Virus record (IMG/VR): IMGVR_UViG_2883068021_000001
Coordinates: 20,620 to 84,619 of that record
DNA length: 64,000 nucleotides
Origin: a virus
Lineage: Duplodnaviria > Caudoviricetes
Direction: 5' to 3' (one strand)
The position numbers and the translations under genes were made by a program. Below the pieces are notes generated by a model, which worked only from the letters and a program-made list of their open reading frames with translations, made no database searches and was not told where the DNA came from. Positions 36,599-47,843 of this stretch are shown piece by piece. Numbering within the stretch: position 1 is the stretch's first letter; every line of letters starts with the position of its first letter.

Positions 36599-38347
36599 TC
36601 AAACCTCCCTCCAATTCGCTGTATCTACCTTGATCTGTTCAATAAGTTCCGTTCGATTTTTAGTTGGGTATCGCTTTGCATACTCAAATAGTACATGTCG
36701 AATTCTAGCAAAAATAAAAGGCAAAATACTATTTAATTTAGTTACTGCTGCCTCACAGCTAATTCCTTGATGCTGGATAAGGTTACGTTGTTCGTAGGTC
36801 TCGTTCATTATCTCTATATAAAAGCGATATTGCTCCCTTCTACTCTCCGACGACGCGAGGTTCGATTGATTCATCATTTTGGAAAATCCATATTGAAATA
36901 GGTCACTTTGGGTCAGTGGTCCATACTCCTTAAATTTATCCAGATCATTCAACATTGCCTGCTGTTGATCAATATCCAATCCAATTCTCTTGCAGTTAGT
37001 ATTCATCGAATCAATAGTATTGCGGAGATAATGCAAATTCGACCAAAATTGAAATTCAGTTTCGTCAAGAACCAATATGGCCGCGGCAACTTCTGCTGGA
37101 ACCAATGATGTAGATGGATTAGAAAGCACGAACTCTAAATACGCCCACAAATTAGATATGTTTTGGTCAATTTGTGCCTGAATATAATATTGTTCATGTT
37201 TAACGAATTCCCATCCGGAATGGCAAGTGTCATCTTTAAATCGATCAAAAGCGTTATCTTCTAATTGCAAGCGCTCGTTTTCATGAATTACAGCCTTGCC
37301 ATTGATAAACCTAATATTCCACCCAAAATTTACCTTGTTTTCGGTATGTAAATAGCTCTCAATATCTACGTGAATACTTTTATCAAGCACGGCGCCAATA
37401 TATCTTGTTGTATTGAGAATATTATTTTTTGCCAACTTGTATGCACCTTTTACGGTCGCACTTTTGACTTTTACTTCACCTATTGAAATTATTTTCCCTT
37501 CGAAAAAGTTCTTTATGTCTGGGTCTGTTAAGGTAGATAACCATTCTAACATCCCTTTAACATCAGGATGACTTTTGGGGTATATTTTGGTATTGTTATG
37601 TTCGTAAGCGGAATTGTCGGCTAATTCCAGCCCTGGAATTCTAAAGTAAATATATTGTTCAAGTACTGGCGCATGAGCAAAGTTTTTAATTGCGTCTAAA
37701 ATTACTACAATATTCTTCGCATTAAAGAATCGCCTTTTTTCCTCCGAAGTATTTATGTGTGCAGGATAAGGAAACTTCCGGTAGTCATTTGTCATAATTT
37801 CTGAGAATAATTCCCGGGCTTCATTTCTACTACGGCGTCCAATTATTGTTTCTGCTACTAATATCTTAGTAAAGAAAGAAAGGCCTTCTTTAAGGGTTTC
37901 AAGAGATTCATTTGTTAAAAGATGCTCTTTAATGCGCTCTACAGTATGACTGATTAGGTTCGCTTCTAATTGTGTGTGCAGTGCTTTAGATAAGCTAGTG
38001 AATTCGCTCAGGTTATCACGTAAGAAGGTATAATTTCCGTCTGCTTGAATCCAACGTTCCCAAATGTGCATTAAGGGCTGAAATTCCGCGAATGAACTGG
38101 CATATATGTTACTATATACAGCTAAACGTTTCAAATGATTTTTAACAAACTTTACTCCTCTTTTATCCTTGTTGTTTTCAAGTTGAAAAATGAGTTTTGC
38201 ACAAATGCTGGTTGGTGTGTCTAGATCATGATTATTAATTTTTCCAGCAAAGTGATTGCAGTACTGATAAAAATCGACAAAGAAATTCACCTTCCTTTCT
38301 TCAATTGGGAAGTTGCTAAAGGTTACAGAGTTGAGTCCATTGAACAT
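36599..38347 (-). CDS. Large AT-rich protein with C-terminal HEPN-like motif
   Basis: LWAYLEFV...YEQRNLIQHQG (R-x4-H). Confidence 0.6.
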   Translation of the reverse strand: MFNGLNSVTFSNFPIEERKVNFFVDFYQYCNHFAGKINNHDLDTPTSICAKLIFQLENNKDKRGVKFVKNHLKRLAVYSNIYASSFAEFQPLMHIWERWIQADGNYTFLRDNLSEFTSLSKALHTQLEANLISHTVERIKEHLLTNESLETLKEGLSFFTKILVAETIIGRRSRNEARELFSEIMTNDYRKFPYPAHINTSEEKRRFFNAKNIVVILDAIKNFAHAPVLEQYIYFRIPGLELADNSAYEHNNTKIYPKSHPDVKGMLEWLSTLTDPDIKNFFEGKIISIGEVKVKSATVKGAYKLAKNNILNTTRYIGAVLDKSIHVDIESYLHTENKVNFGWNIRFINGKAVIHENERLQLEDNAFDRFKDDTCHSGWEFVKHEQYYIQAQIDQNISNLWAYLEFVLSNPSTSLVPAEVAAAILVLDETEFQFWSNLHYLRNTIDSMNTNCKRIGLDIDQQQAMLNDLDKFKEYGPLTQSDLFQYGFSKMMNQSNLASSESRREQYRFYIEIMNETYEQRNLIQHQGISCEAAVTKLNSILPFIFARIRHVLFEYAKRYPTKNRTELIEQIKVDTANWREV

Positions 38348-38535
38348 TTTATTAATGGAAATTTATAAGTGTAATGCATTGCAAATATAATAGGTATCAC
38401 GGTTGGGCTCAAAAATGGCTTTTGTTTCGAAATTTGTTCGCCTGCCGCGGGCTTGCGCCCTTTGGGCAAGGGCCAGTCGGCGTTGGTTCAGGTCATCGGT
38501 GTTAGATCGGCCCTTGCCCAAAGGGCGCGACTCGC

Positions 38536-38760
38536 CTATTTTTTGCCGGTGAGCGTGTTCATGTCAATCTCCAGCGCTTCCGCCAGCTTTACGAGGGTGG
38601 TCAGCGTCGGATTGGTTTCACCGGCTTCCAGCCTCCCCACTGAGCTATGGGAAATCTCCGCCTTATAGGCGAACTCGCGGGTGCTAAGTTTCTTTGCCGT
38701 CCGCAGTTTCTGCAGGCGCGCGCCAAACTCAATCAGGAATTTATCATCGGAAGTGGGCAT
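38536..38760 (-). CDS. XRE-family HTH regulator
   Basis: FGARLQKLRTAKKLSTREFA...LEAGETNPTLTTL; start MPTSDD at 38760. Confidence 0.88.
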   Translation of the reverse strand: MPTSDDKFLIEFGARLQKLRTAKKLSTREFAYKAEISHSSVGRLEAGETNPTLTTLVKLAEALEIDMNTLTGKK

Positions 38761-39102
38761 AATTCCCGGAAATTCCGACACTTCCCAAAAAATAATGTAC
38801 CCAAGCATGGGTACAGTGAATTATTTCACCTATATTGCATTAAGAATTAATAGCCGTCCACCTTATACAAGCGGGCGGGAAATCATTAATTTTGTTGCTT
38901 TCAAGTAATTGAGGCAATCGCTTTTGATTCTAGTCCAGGGTCTGGAAAACTAAGGATACTAGAGACAAGGGTGGTGCTCACGCTACGGCGTGGGTGCTCG
39001 CTTACGTCATCCGGTATTCCAGACCCTGGGGCGGCAAGTAGAGGCTCACGCTTTTTTTATTTCCTCCCCCGCCTGCCGCCTTCACCGTATAAAACAACCA
39101 CT

Positions 39103-39423
39103 ATGGCGAAGCAAGCGAAGTTCCGTTACAATCTTCCTAAAGTCGTTGCCGTCCTCAACCTGATCGGTGACATATTTCAAACCCGGATTTGCATTGAATG
39201 CGGATGGGAGGAAGATACCCTCGATTTCTACATGAAACATCCGGAGCTGATCTCCCGTACTGATAGGGCAAAGATTAACCAAATCCTGAAAGAGCATCTT
39301 TCCAACCTCGCGCAAAATCCTCCACAAATTCCCGCGCGGAAGCCTTTTCCCGTTCACCTTACCCGTTCCGTCAATTCAAAAACCAACCATAAACCCATTT
39401 ATCATAGAACAGAACCAACCTGA
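39103..39423 (+). CDS. Hypothetical protein
   Basis: ATG at 39103, MAKQAKFRYNLPK... Confidence 0.5.
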   Translation: MAKQAKFRYNLPKVVAVLNLIGDIFQTRICIECGWEEDTLDFYMKHPELISRTDRAKINQILKEHLSNLAQNPPQIPARKPFPVHLTRSVNSKTNHKPIYHRTEPT

Positions 39424-39469
39424 AACACTGGAACTACACGCCCTGCAAACGTTCGGGCAAATCAAGCTA

Positions 39470-39847
39470 TTGCATCCTTTAACCTTCGAGAGAGCGGCGG
39501 AAATCATTCAATCCGGCCTTACCATCAATATGGTAGAAGATTTCCTGATTGTAACTGAAATGGATATTACTGATTTGTGCTTTGTCCTGAATATTACCGG
39601 CGATGGCTTCCGGGAATGGAGGGACGCAAGGATTTTCCCGGTGGAGGCCAGTAATACGATTCTACAGTTGGCCAATATCTATGCGTTCGGATATGATCTA
39701 TTCGGCCAAAGGAGAACGTTTAACGGTTGGATGAAGGAGTGCAATCAATCGCTGGGAGACATCCCTCCATTTTCGCTTCTATGCAACGCCCACGGATTGA
39801 AGGAAGTATTGTCCGTATTAAAGCGGATCGACCACTTTATGCTGTAG
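39470..39847 (+). CDS. Xre/MbcA/ParS-type antitoxin (DUF2384)
   Basis: LANIYAFGYDLFG...FNGWMKECNQSLGDIPPFSLL...G...V..L.RI. Confidence 0.7.
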   Translation: MHPLTFERAAEIIQSGLTINMVEDFLIVTEMDITDLCFVLNITGDGFREWRDARIFPVEASNTILQLANIYAFGYDLFGQRRTFNGWMKECNQSLGDIPPFSLLCNAHGLKEVLSVLKRIDHFML

Positions 39848-39909
39848 CGATTTTCTTTACATCGTATATATACTTTTCCATGGAGGGGGCAGTCTTGCCC
39901 CCTCAACTA

Positions 39910-41172
39910 TTATTGAACAGATCCTGCCAATAGGATTTCTCCTCGTTGCTGCCAAATCTCCCTAATCTTACGCCCCGCTTCTTCAGGAGTGATCCGAATA
40001 TACCTGTAGAAATCCCGTAGGCTCTTATGCCCGCTAATCCGCATAATCAATTCAACCGGTGTACCCGCCAAAAACTCATTCGTGCAGAAAGACCGGCGGC
40101 AGGTATGGGAAGTCACCCAGCCCCATTTCGGGCGAACAGTCGCTATATCCCTATTCCCTTTCTTGTGGGTGAACCGTACCGGCTCCACGATCCCCGCCAA
40201 CTTCGCCACCTCCTTTATCAGCCGGTTAAACATCACATTACTGAAGACGGGAACGCCCTCCCGGAACCGTTCCAGAAAAATCTCTTCCGCCTGTTTCCGC
40301 AGAGGCACCACCACCCAATGATCCGACTTCTCCTGCTTTTTATGTAACATCCCTTTCCGAATGTCGCTACCCTTCAGGGAGGTGAAATCCGAGAACCGTA
40401 GCCCCGTTAGGCACCCCAAAACGAACAAATCCCGGCAGGGGGCCAGGTCTGGCCGGTCGGTCAAGTCCAGCCCGTAAATGTGCATGATCTCCACCGAGGT
40501 GAGATAAATAGCGTCTGCGTTCTCGTCCAGTATCTTGAAATCCGATAGGTCAATGGGAGGGATAATCTTCCGGCGCATCCGGTCGCGGAGGAACAGGCGG
40601 AGGTGTTTCACGGTTTTACCGATGGAAGCCAGCCGCAATCCCTTTGTAGGGATTTTCCGGCGGGGCTGGATGTATTCGTATGTCAGGAAGTCTACAAACC
40701 CCTCGTAAAAGGAATAGTCAAAGCTATCAAAGCTGATCGGGGATTCGCGGTAAGTCTCGTAGGCCAGTACATGCTCTTTCATGGTCTTGAATACGTTGAT
40801 CGTGGCCGGAGACACCTTCCCGGTCTTGCATTGGATGTAATGCTCGATCTGGAAATAAATATCGAGGTTGATACCCGGGTTGGTTGTCGCTGCCAACTCC
40901 GCCGCTTCAAACAGACCGGAAGGATCAAAGTCCGGGCGGAAGGTCTGTTTCAGGAATGCGCCTACATTCGGAATCTTCTCTTTCACCGCATAAGAAATAA
41001 TGTCCTCCACCATCCGCAGCAGGGAGGCCAGCCGTGCGCCCAGGTCAGCAGCCCCACCATACCGGGCAGGGAGATCAGGCATTACCCGGAGGAATTTACG
41101 GTTCCAGAATTTGGGAGGGATGGCGATTTCCGTATTCAGCAGCACTTTTTTGTTGTCCGCGCCGCAATACTG
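39910..41172 (-). pseudogene. Tyrosine integrase lacking its first ~24 codons and promoter
   Basis: Catalytic TGLRFSD, SHTCRRSF, SGHKS...YI intact; homology to 59714-59927 continues to QYCG at 41172, then breaks into unrelated AT-rich DNA. Confidence 0.8.
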
Positions 41173-42620
41173 TAACTAATAATGTTTCATTTAATACGGT
41201 CGGCTTTATAAATAATGTAAGTGAAACTGATTATGAAAAGTTTATTAAGTTAAAAAAAGATAACCATTTGCAGTTATCTGAATATACAAACGTTTGGAAA
41301 GTTTTACTGTACTTAATAATATCTCATAGAATAAAGGAACAAGAAAGTGCTAAAGGCTTTTTTAAGTCTTCTGACAAATTCAATGCGATACAGAACGCAA
41401 TCGACGAATACTATCTTAACGCTTTTTCTCCAGAAATTGTACATGCATTAAACTTTGTGGAAAAGACAAAATTCTCTGCCGAAGTGCTGCATAAGTATTT
41501 CAAATTGTTGGGTGAAAATCTAAAAGAAGGAAGTTTTACACATTCAAAATTTCAAACTAATCTACTATATATTCAGAATCATTTCGAAAAAGCAATTGCC
41601 AGCTTAACTTTAAATTCAAATTATACTTTTTTCATAGATGGGATAGATGTTAGACCTGATTCAGTTTCGTACGAGTATTACATAGAGTGTATTAAAGGAC
41701 TCGCACAGGCTACGTGGTCAGTTAACAATGAATTTTTTCCATCTATTAAAGGGGAAGGACGATTAAAAGTAGTTCTTCTAATTCGCCCAGATATTTTTGC
41801 TAATCTTGGCTTGCAAAATCAAAACAATAAGATTAAGGACAACTCTATTCTACTTGATTGGAGAACTAATTACTCCGAATATAGAAATTCAAAACTTTTT
41901 ATACTCGCAGATAGACTGCTTTTAGCCCAACAGGACGAAAATAGTAAGGTTGGCGATTGTTGGAATCACTATTTTCCTTATCAACCGTTTATTGCTAACA
42001 AGCGAGAGTCGTCCTTTATACAATTTCTAAGATATTCTCTCTATCGTCCAAGAGATATAGTCACAATGCTTGACTTTCTTAAGGATATACATGTTAGGAA
42101 CCAAAAGAATGACCCAAGTACGTTCTCTCATCATGATTTTGATAATGGAGAGTTTCAAACACGATATTCGGATTACTTACTTGGAGAAATTAAAGATTAT
42201 CTAGCGTTCTATTTCTCAGAAACTGACTATGAATCATTTAGGAAATTTTTTGACTTTTTGAAAGGGAAAAGTACATTTGGTTATATGGATTTTACAAGGG
42301 CTTATTGTGAGATGATGGAATATTTCGAAAAGACGAATATCAATAAACCTAAATTTTTTGATACTGCAGATACATTTTTACAGTTCCTTTTTGATTTGAA
42401 TGTAATTTGCTACATTGAAGGCCAAGGAAGAAATACTTTTATCAGATGGTGCTTTAGAGAGCGCAACTATGCCAATCTATCCCCCAAGGTTAAAACTGGA
42501 GTAAAGTATGAAATACATTATGGCTTATTAAAAGCATTGAATTTCGGCAAAAGAAGTTTTGGGGGTAACAAAAATTCATTTCATGCTGGAGCATCAGTCA
42601 ATAAATATAGATTCAAATAG
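41173..42620 (+). pseudogene. P-loop ATPase (FunZ-like), 5'-truncated, Walker A lost
   Basis: ETDYEKFIKLK, FFIDGID (Walker B), RPRDIV; no start codon of its own, and the track ORF's first ~46 aa are integrase antisense sequence. Confidence 0.65.
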
Positions 42621-43039
42621 ATTACAATAAACTTCAGACTAGAAACTCAATCGTAATATTATTAATAAACATATGTTTTAAGTGCTCATGTCCGACATTT
42701 TATATTAAGATACTTTGACGTCAATCAAGCAAGTGTCAATCAAAACGGAACGACGTGAAAGGTAGAATTGATTGACATTTTACTTTCGCCATCCATAATG
42801 ATATGCGGTAGTATTTTCTTCATTATATTGCTTATTATTGAATTTGTTGGTTTGTGTTTGTCATTGCTTTCCAATGATATGGAAGTACGAACTCATTCAA
42901 TCAATAGGATTATTCAAATCCTTCACTGAATAGTATTTCAATCGGCCAATGATATACTGCTAATTGGGATGGGTACATTAGATCGGTTCTAGGTGAAGGT
43001 TGTAATTCATCGCGCCATTATTGGATGTTGGCATAAAAA

Positions 43040-43127
43040 AAGTTCGAAAAGCGTCCCTCCCAGCCCCGCACGATTTAGAAGAGCCCCCGTTAGGCGCGGG
43101 TATTTCTGTTTTTTAGTCTAGTATTTA
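43040..43127 (+). repeat. att-like repeat copy 2 (most degenerate)
   Basis: aagttcgaaaagcgtccctcccagccccgcacgatttagaagag...gcgcgggtatttctgttttttagtctagtattt. Confidence 0.88.
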
Positions 43128-43532
43128 ATTGAATTCCTTTTTGTTTATCCGCTTGGTATACAGGTGTTTTGTAAGTACAAATTGAACATAAATTCCAAAG
43201 ATGCACCCAACGGTCCAAATCATGCAAAAAATCAATTGTTGATAGTTTTCGTTAATCGAAAAGAGATTAAAGGTGTGGCGTATATTCAGTATCAGAAGCA
43301 CGAAGTGAATACTACAACAGCCGAGCAAATAGTAAAAGTTGGAGTAGTACTTTTTTATTCCCAGGAACAACAATATTGTAATCCAACAAATTAAGAAATG
43401 GAGCATAAGGCCCATTGATTCTTTATTATTGAATACAAGTTTTCCATGTGAACCTAGCAATGCAAGAAGAAGAATATCAAGCGAATAAATGAAGACCAAT
43501 AGTATGTATACTGTGCGAAAGATTAACTTCAT
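43125..43532 (-). CDS. Four-TM protein, putative immunity protein of the RHS toxin
   Basis: Starts 6 bp after the RHS stop, same strand, strongly hydrophobic. Confidence 0.65.
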   Translation of the reverse strand: MKLIFRTVYILLVFIYSLDILLLALLGSHGKLVFNNKESMGLMLHFLICWITILLFLGIKKYYSNFYYLLGCCSIHFVLLILNIRHTFNLFSINENYQQLIFCMIWTVGCIFGIYVQFVLTKHLYTKRINKKEFN

Positions 43533-43538
43533 AAATAA

Positions 43539-46500
43539 CTATTTGATTGTAAGTTTACCCTTTAATAGGGCACCAAGAAATTGAGATTTTTGTTCTTTGT
43601 TCATGCCGGAAATATCGATTCGTGTTCCACTTCGAATATGGGAGAAATTCCCATTAAGTACTTCAACCACAATCAGTGCAGATTCCGTTATTAATGTGGC
43701 ATCCCTAAGTGCCTTTTTACCGGCTGCTCCTTTACCCAAATCTTTATAGATACTGTGATGCTCCATTTTCGTACCATTATGCGGTTTCGAATCCTGCAAA
43801 GCGTGTAACCCGATACCAAATGCCTTCGCCTCTGCACTTCCAATGTTCCATTTGTCGGGAGTGCCGAATTTCGCGGCTTTGAAAATTTGTCCCCAGCCAA
43901 ATTCCTGACCTCGTCTCGTTGCTTCTGCAGCGCCAATATTCTCATCATCGGCTTCCATGGAATGTCGTTGGCTTTCGGCAGCAGAGCCGGTGTTTTGTGA
44001 ATTTTTCGTCACATCATCATCCCAAAATGGCCCCCTATTCCATCCCAGTTGTTGCATTCCGGGAGACTTAGGCTCAGGTATCCCATAACGCAAGGCTGCC
44101 ATATCATTTAGGTTCATAAAGAAAGCACTTGGTCGATCCGCATAATATGATGAATAGTAGGCTTCACGGTCTGCCGCCCCGGCAGAATAACCAAATCGAA
44201 GCATTACATCGTAAGTAATTTTATAATGGAGTGAGATTATGAAATCGCCATTTACATCTTTTGAAGCAATTGGGTTATTGGCAACATAGTTGTAACCGCT
44301 CAAACTGAAATATTTCTCGGTATATCTGTCTATTGTAAAGAATTTGCCAATCTGCTGATCATACATCCTGGCACCATAATCATACCATTCCAAACCAGGC
44401 CCGGTAGTAAACTCCTTAGTCTGTAATTCTTTCCTGTTGTACTTGAAAGCATTTTCCTTTCCAATAGCTTGCTTGTCGCTCAATCCCGCCATGGCCAATC
44501 CAAACGGATAATAGTGCGTCTCCTCCAGCACAGGCGTCCCCGCCAAAGCCACAGTTACATTGTCAAAGAACACGTCCTGTTGCGTCTCGTTGCTGGTGTA
44601 GACATACAAGAAGCCCGATTGCTCCATAACCACATTGTCCGCGCCAAGAGTCTGAAGCTCATCGGGCTGAGCGGCTACTTGCTTTACGCCACTAGAGCCT
44701 TCCACTAAGTTAAATTGTTCGTCGAATAGTACAAAATTCAAATATGCTTTAGGCCTATCCGGATTGGCTGCGTCTTTGGATTCACGGTTCACGAGTCGCT
44801 GCCAGCCGTCATTTATGAAATCGGCGCCAAAAGGCGTTCCGTTCGCATTCTCTTCGGAACCATGCGGTTGGGATGCAGCGTTCCCCGGGTTACCGAAAGC
44901 CCGAATCAAAGCAGTTGCCATATCGGCTGCCGGTGCGCCAGGCTTTTGGTTTTGCTTGAATGCCTGCGTCTTATAGAATGCTCTCGCGGCCAGACGCACC
45001 GTATCCCCGGTCTTTACCTTCAATACCAGGCTGGGGCCAATGCGCCGGTCGGGGTCGTTGCCGTTTAGCTTAGCTACCGAAGTGTTTTGGTCTGTCTGCG
45101 GGTCGTCCGGGTATCCTACGGGCTTTTCCGTCCGGGAGGCATCGATGTTGCTGAACAGCGCATTTTCCACGGAAGCCTGTTCCGGTTCCATGCTGGCCAT
45201 ATATAGCTGTTGGGGCGGATTGGTTTCCGCCAGCACGATCCGGACGTTACCCAAATGATCTTTCATGAAATAGTCAAACGTGAAGCTTCCTCCAGTAATG
45301 GGACGGATGCGGCCTTCCTCGTGTGAAATCAGTTGCAGCACGTTGTTTTCATAAATCGTGGGGCCGAGATAGTCGGTCCGCGTGGTTTTGTTCGGGGTTA
45401 CCGTCTGATCGAGCACCGTTTTTGCCAATTTGCGCCCGGTCGCGTCGTAAATAAAGCTGATCGTGCCCTTCCCAGTCATTGTAATAGCCTTTGGCAGGTT
45501 TAATAAGTTATACTGTATGGCAGTAATGTTCTTGTTAGCGTCTTTGGTGAGATTCCCGTTTTTGTCGTAAGCATAGTCGAAAGTCGATGTGGCATTTTGA
45601 TCGCTGAAATCCCCTAATGTGGTGGCTGGGTCGTTTGATCCCTCTGCAACTTTATAGAGTTTATTAGTTGCAGAAAGCGCAGTAGAATCATAATAAGTAT
45701 ATGCGAGACTATCGATTCTGACATTCGTGGATGTGCCTTTAGCACCCCATTGTTGCATACGAAGTATGTTTCCGTTTGCATCGTAGGCTGTTGTGTAGTT
45801 GACGCCATCTCCCATCCAGGAATCGTAGTTATGGGCGGTTTCTCCCCAGGTGGTGGCTCCTGTGGATTGGGTAAAGTTGGCTTTCAGAAGTCTGTTGGCG
45901 GCATCGTACACATATCCGTAGGCATTGGGAGTTGTTGTTTTGGTACCTTTCCAGGTAACACCAGCGATGTTCCCGTTATATTCTTTGTTCGTGAACCCCG
46001 CATCGTAATGCAGTTCCTGCCCGAAATACCGGGTCTCCGTTCCTTTCACATAATTACGATTAATGCCTTTCAGCCAGCCCCGGATGTTATAGGTGTACGT
46101 CATGCTCTCGATCACGGTTCCGGCAACATTCTTAAACTCTTTTTTCTGCAATTGCCCTAACTGATCGTAGGTATTGGTAGCAATATCTCGGGTATGAGCG
46201 GCATTGTCGTTGAGCTTTTTGGTGACTTTCAACACGCGGCCCGCATGATCATAGCTGAAATTCGTCAGTAATCGCGTAACTCCTGCTGCGCCGGCGGCCG
46301 GGTTGTTGTAATATTCATAGGTACTGAGCAACTTTCCTGAAAAGTCATATAGGTTCGTGGTTACATCTAAGCCCGCATTTATGTTATCACTTAATATCTG
46401 CAGCGGACGGTTTTTGGCATCGTAATATGTGGTGGTAGTAAGATATTGAGCTGTTTCCAGTACCCTGATTTTCGTTCCGGTGACCAGGCCGCGGGTTTGC

Positions 46501-47843
46501 GTATTGACGGCAATGGTTTCTGGCCATGGGTTACTGCCGGCCTGTGGACTGGTATAATAAGCAGATTGCGCTGCCTTGGCACCGGCGTAAGTATAGTTGT
46601 CGTAGTACGTATACGTCAACGGGTCGAGGCTGGCAGGAAGGATGGTATTAGCTCCAGGCGACGTGCTTTGGTCGCCGATCAGTTCGCTGTGCGTGCGGGG
46701 GCTGGTATAGATACCGGTCATCGTCGGCCGGTTGAGATTGTCGTATAACGTGGCCAGCCATTTGCCGCCAACGGCACGCAGGTTTCCGTCTCTTGTGAGA
46801 ACGAGCCGGTCCCGCTGATCATAGACCATTTCAACGGAATCCGCGCCCGGTACTTTTTTAAGGACCATTCGGTTACGGACATCGTATTCATACCTGAAAC
46901 AAAGCGATTTGCTGGCGGCAGCGCTAAGTACCCAGCCGGCCGCGGCGAGGCCTTCTACCACCTTTGGGGGTAGCACGAAACGGAGGTTGCCCATCAGGTC
47001 ATATATGTAATAAGTGCAAAGCCACCCGGTATGGTTGGCCCCGGGAGTTGCCGCAATTTGTACTTTTTTAAGAATGGTATGGCCTTCCTTATCCACATAT
47101 GCCACCAGTTGCTTGCCGGCCTCGTCAGTTGTCACATTTTTGAGCAGTTCACCGGCGGCATAGGCGCCATTGGAGGTAACCACTGAGTAGGGGACATTGC
47201 CGGTCATTAAGGTACCCACCTGCCATTTGCGCACTTCATCCGTAGTTGCGTTTACGAGGTACTGCTGGGAAGTGCCTCTAGCCGATCCCGCCCAGTTATT
47301 GCCGGCCGGCATGGATTTCAGTACCCGGTTGAGCGGGGAGGATTCGAATTGCGTTTCGGCGTAATAGATTTCTTCTTTGGTATTGTTGGCTGTAGTAAGC
47401 TGGCCATCATAGAATACTTTTTGTTCGGCAAAAGGGGCGAGCTTTAATATACCATCCCCGCTCGTGCTGACGTACGGCAGGTAGTTAAATGGAGTACGGC
47501 CATAGGCGTCGTATTCAACGGGTGTTACGAGATCTTTTTTCGTTACAGGGGAAGCGCCTTTTACGACGGTTTGTAACGGACGTCCCAATCCATCGAAATA
47601 TGCGGTGGACATAGGAGCGTTTCCCGCGTCAGTTGCGGCCGTTATGGCGGTAGGGTCTGTCAGCGGTTGATTGGGCGACCAGGTCCGAACGTAGTTCACC
47701 TTTGCTCCGGCAGGCATGGCGATAGGTACGGCTCGTGCTGTTTTGGTGGCGGGAACACTATTATCCGGTTGTTGGGCAAAGGAAGCGCCGGTATAAGCGA
47801 GGGCGGCAAAAATGGATGCGAGTACGAGAATTCGTTTCATCAA
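43539..47843 (-). CDS. RHS-repeat polymorphic toxin (DUF6443 N-terminus)
   Basis: Signal peptide; YFDGLGRPLQTV; YD repeats; core YDYGARMYD...YNYVANNPIASKDVNG followed by a 235-aa tip. Confidence 0.92.
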   Translation of the reverse strand: MMKRILVLASIFAALAYTGASFAQQPDNSVPATKTARAVPIAMPAGAKVNYVRTWSPNQPLTDPTAITAATDAGNAPMSTAYFDGLGRPLQTVVKGASPVTKKDLVTPVEYDAYGRTPFNYLPYVSTSGDGILKLAPFAEQKVFYDGQLTTANNTKEEIYYAETQFESSPLNRVLKSMPAGNNWAGSARGTSQQYLVNATTDEVRKWQVGTLMTGNVPYSVVTSNGAYAAGELLKNVTTDEAGKQLVAYVDKEGHTILKKVQIAATPGANHTGWLCTYYIYDLMGNLRFVLPPKVVEGLAAAGWVLSAAASKSLCFRYEYDVRNRMVLKKVPGADSVEMVYDQRDRLVLTRDGNLRAVGGKWLATLYDNLNRPTMTGIYTSPRTHSELIGDQSTSPGANTILPASLDPLTYTYYDNYTYAGAKAAQSAYYTSPQAGSNPWPETIAVNTQTRGLVTGTKIRVLETAQYLTTTTYYDAKNRPLQILSDNINAGLDVTTNLYDFSGKLLSTYEYYNNPAAGAAGVTRLLTNFSYDHAGRVLKVTKKLNDNAAHTRDIATNTYDQLGQLQKKEFKNVAGTVIESMTYTYNIRGWLKGINRNYVKGTETRYFGQELHYDAGFTNKEYNGNIAGVTWKGTKTTTPNAYGYVYDAANRLLKANFTQSTGATTWGETAHNYDSWMGDGVNYTTAYDANGNILRMQQWGAKGTSTNVRIDSLAYTYYDSTALSATNKLYKVAEGSNDPATTLGDFSDQNATSTFDYAYDKNGNLTKDANKNITAIQYNLLNLPKAITMTGKGTISFIYDATGRKLAKTVLDQTVTPNKTTRTDYLGPTIYENNVLQLISHEEGRIRPITGGSFTFDYFMKDHLGNVRIVLAETNPPQQLYMASMEPEQASVENALFSNIDASRTEKPVGYPDDPQTDQNTSVAKLNGNDPDRRIGPSLVLKVKTGDTVRLAARAFYKTQAFKQNQKPGAPAADMATALIRAFGNPGNAASQPHGSEENANGTPFGADFINDGWQRLVNRESKDAANPDRPKAYLNFVLFDEQFNLVEGSSGVKQVAAQPDELQTLGADNVVMEQSGFLYVYTSNETQQDVFFDNVTVALAGTPVLEETHYYPFGLAMAGLSDKQAIGKENAFKYNRKELQTKEFTTGPGLEWYDYGARMYDQQIGKFFTIDRYTEKYFSLSGYNYVANNPIASKDVNGDFIISLHYKITYDVMLRFGYSAGAADREAYYSSYYADRPSAFFMNLNDMAALRYGIPEPKSPGMQQLGWNRGPFWDDDVTKNSQNTGSAAESQRHSMEADDENIGAAEATRRGQEFGWGQIFKAAKFGTPDKWNIGSAEAKAFGIGLHALQDSKPHNGTKMEHHSIYKDLGKGAAGKKALRDATLITESALIVVEVLNGNFSHIRSGTRIDISGMNKEQKSQFLGALLKGKLTIK

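Noticed and set aside
41034-42620. 528-aa track ORF as a real protein
   Set aside because: It is a chimera of integrase antisense sequence and a truncated ATPase across the deletion junction.
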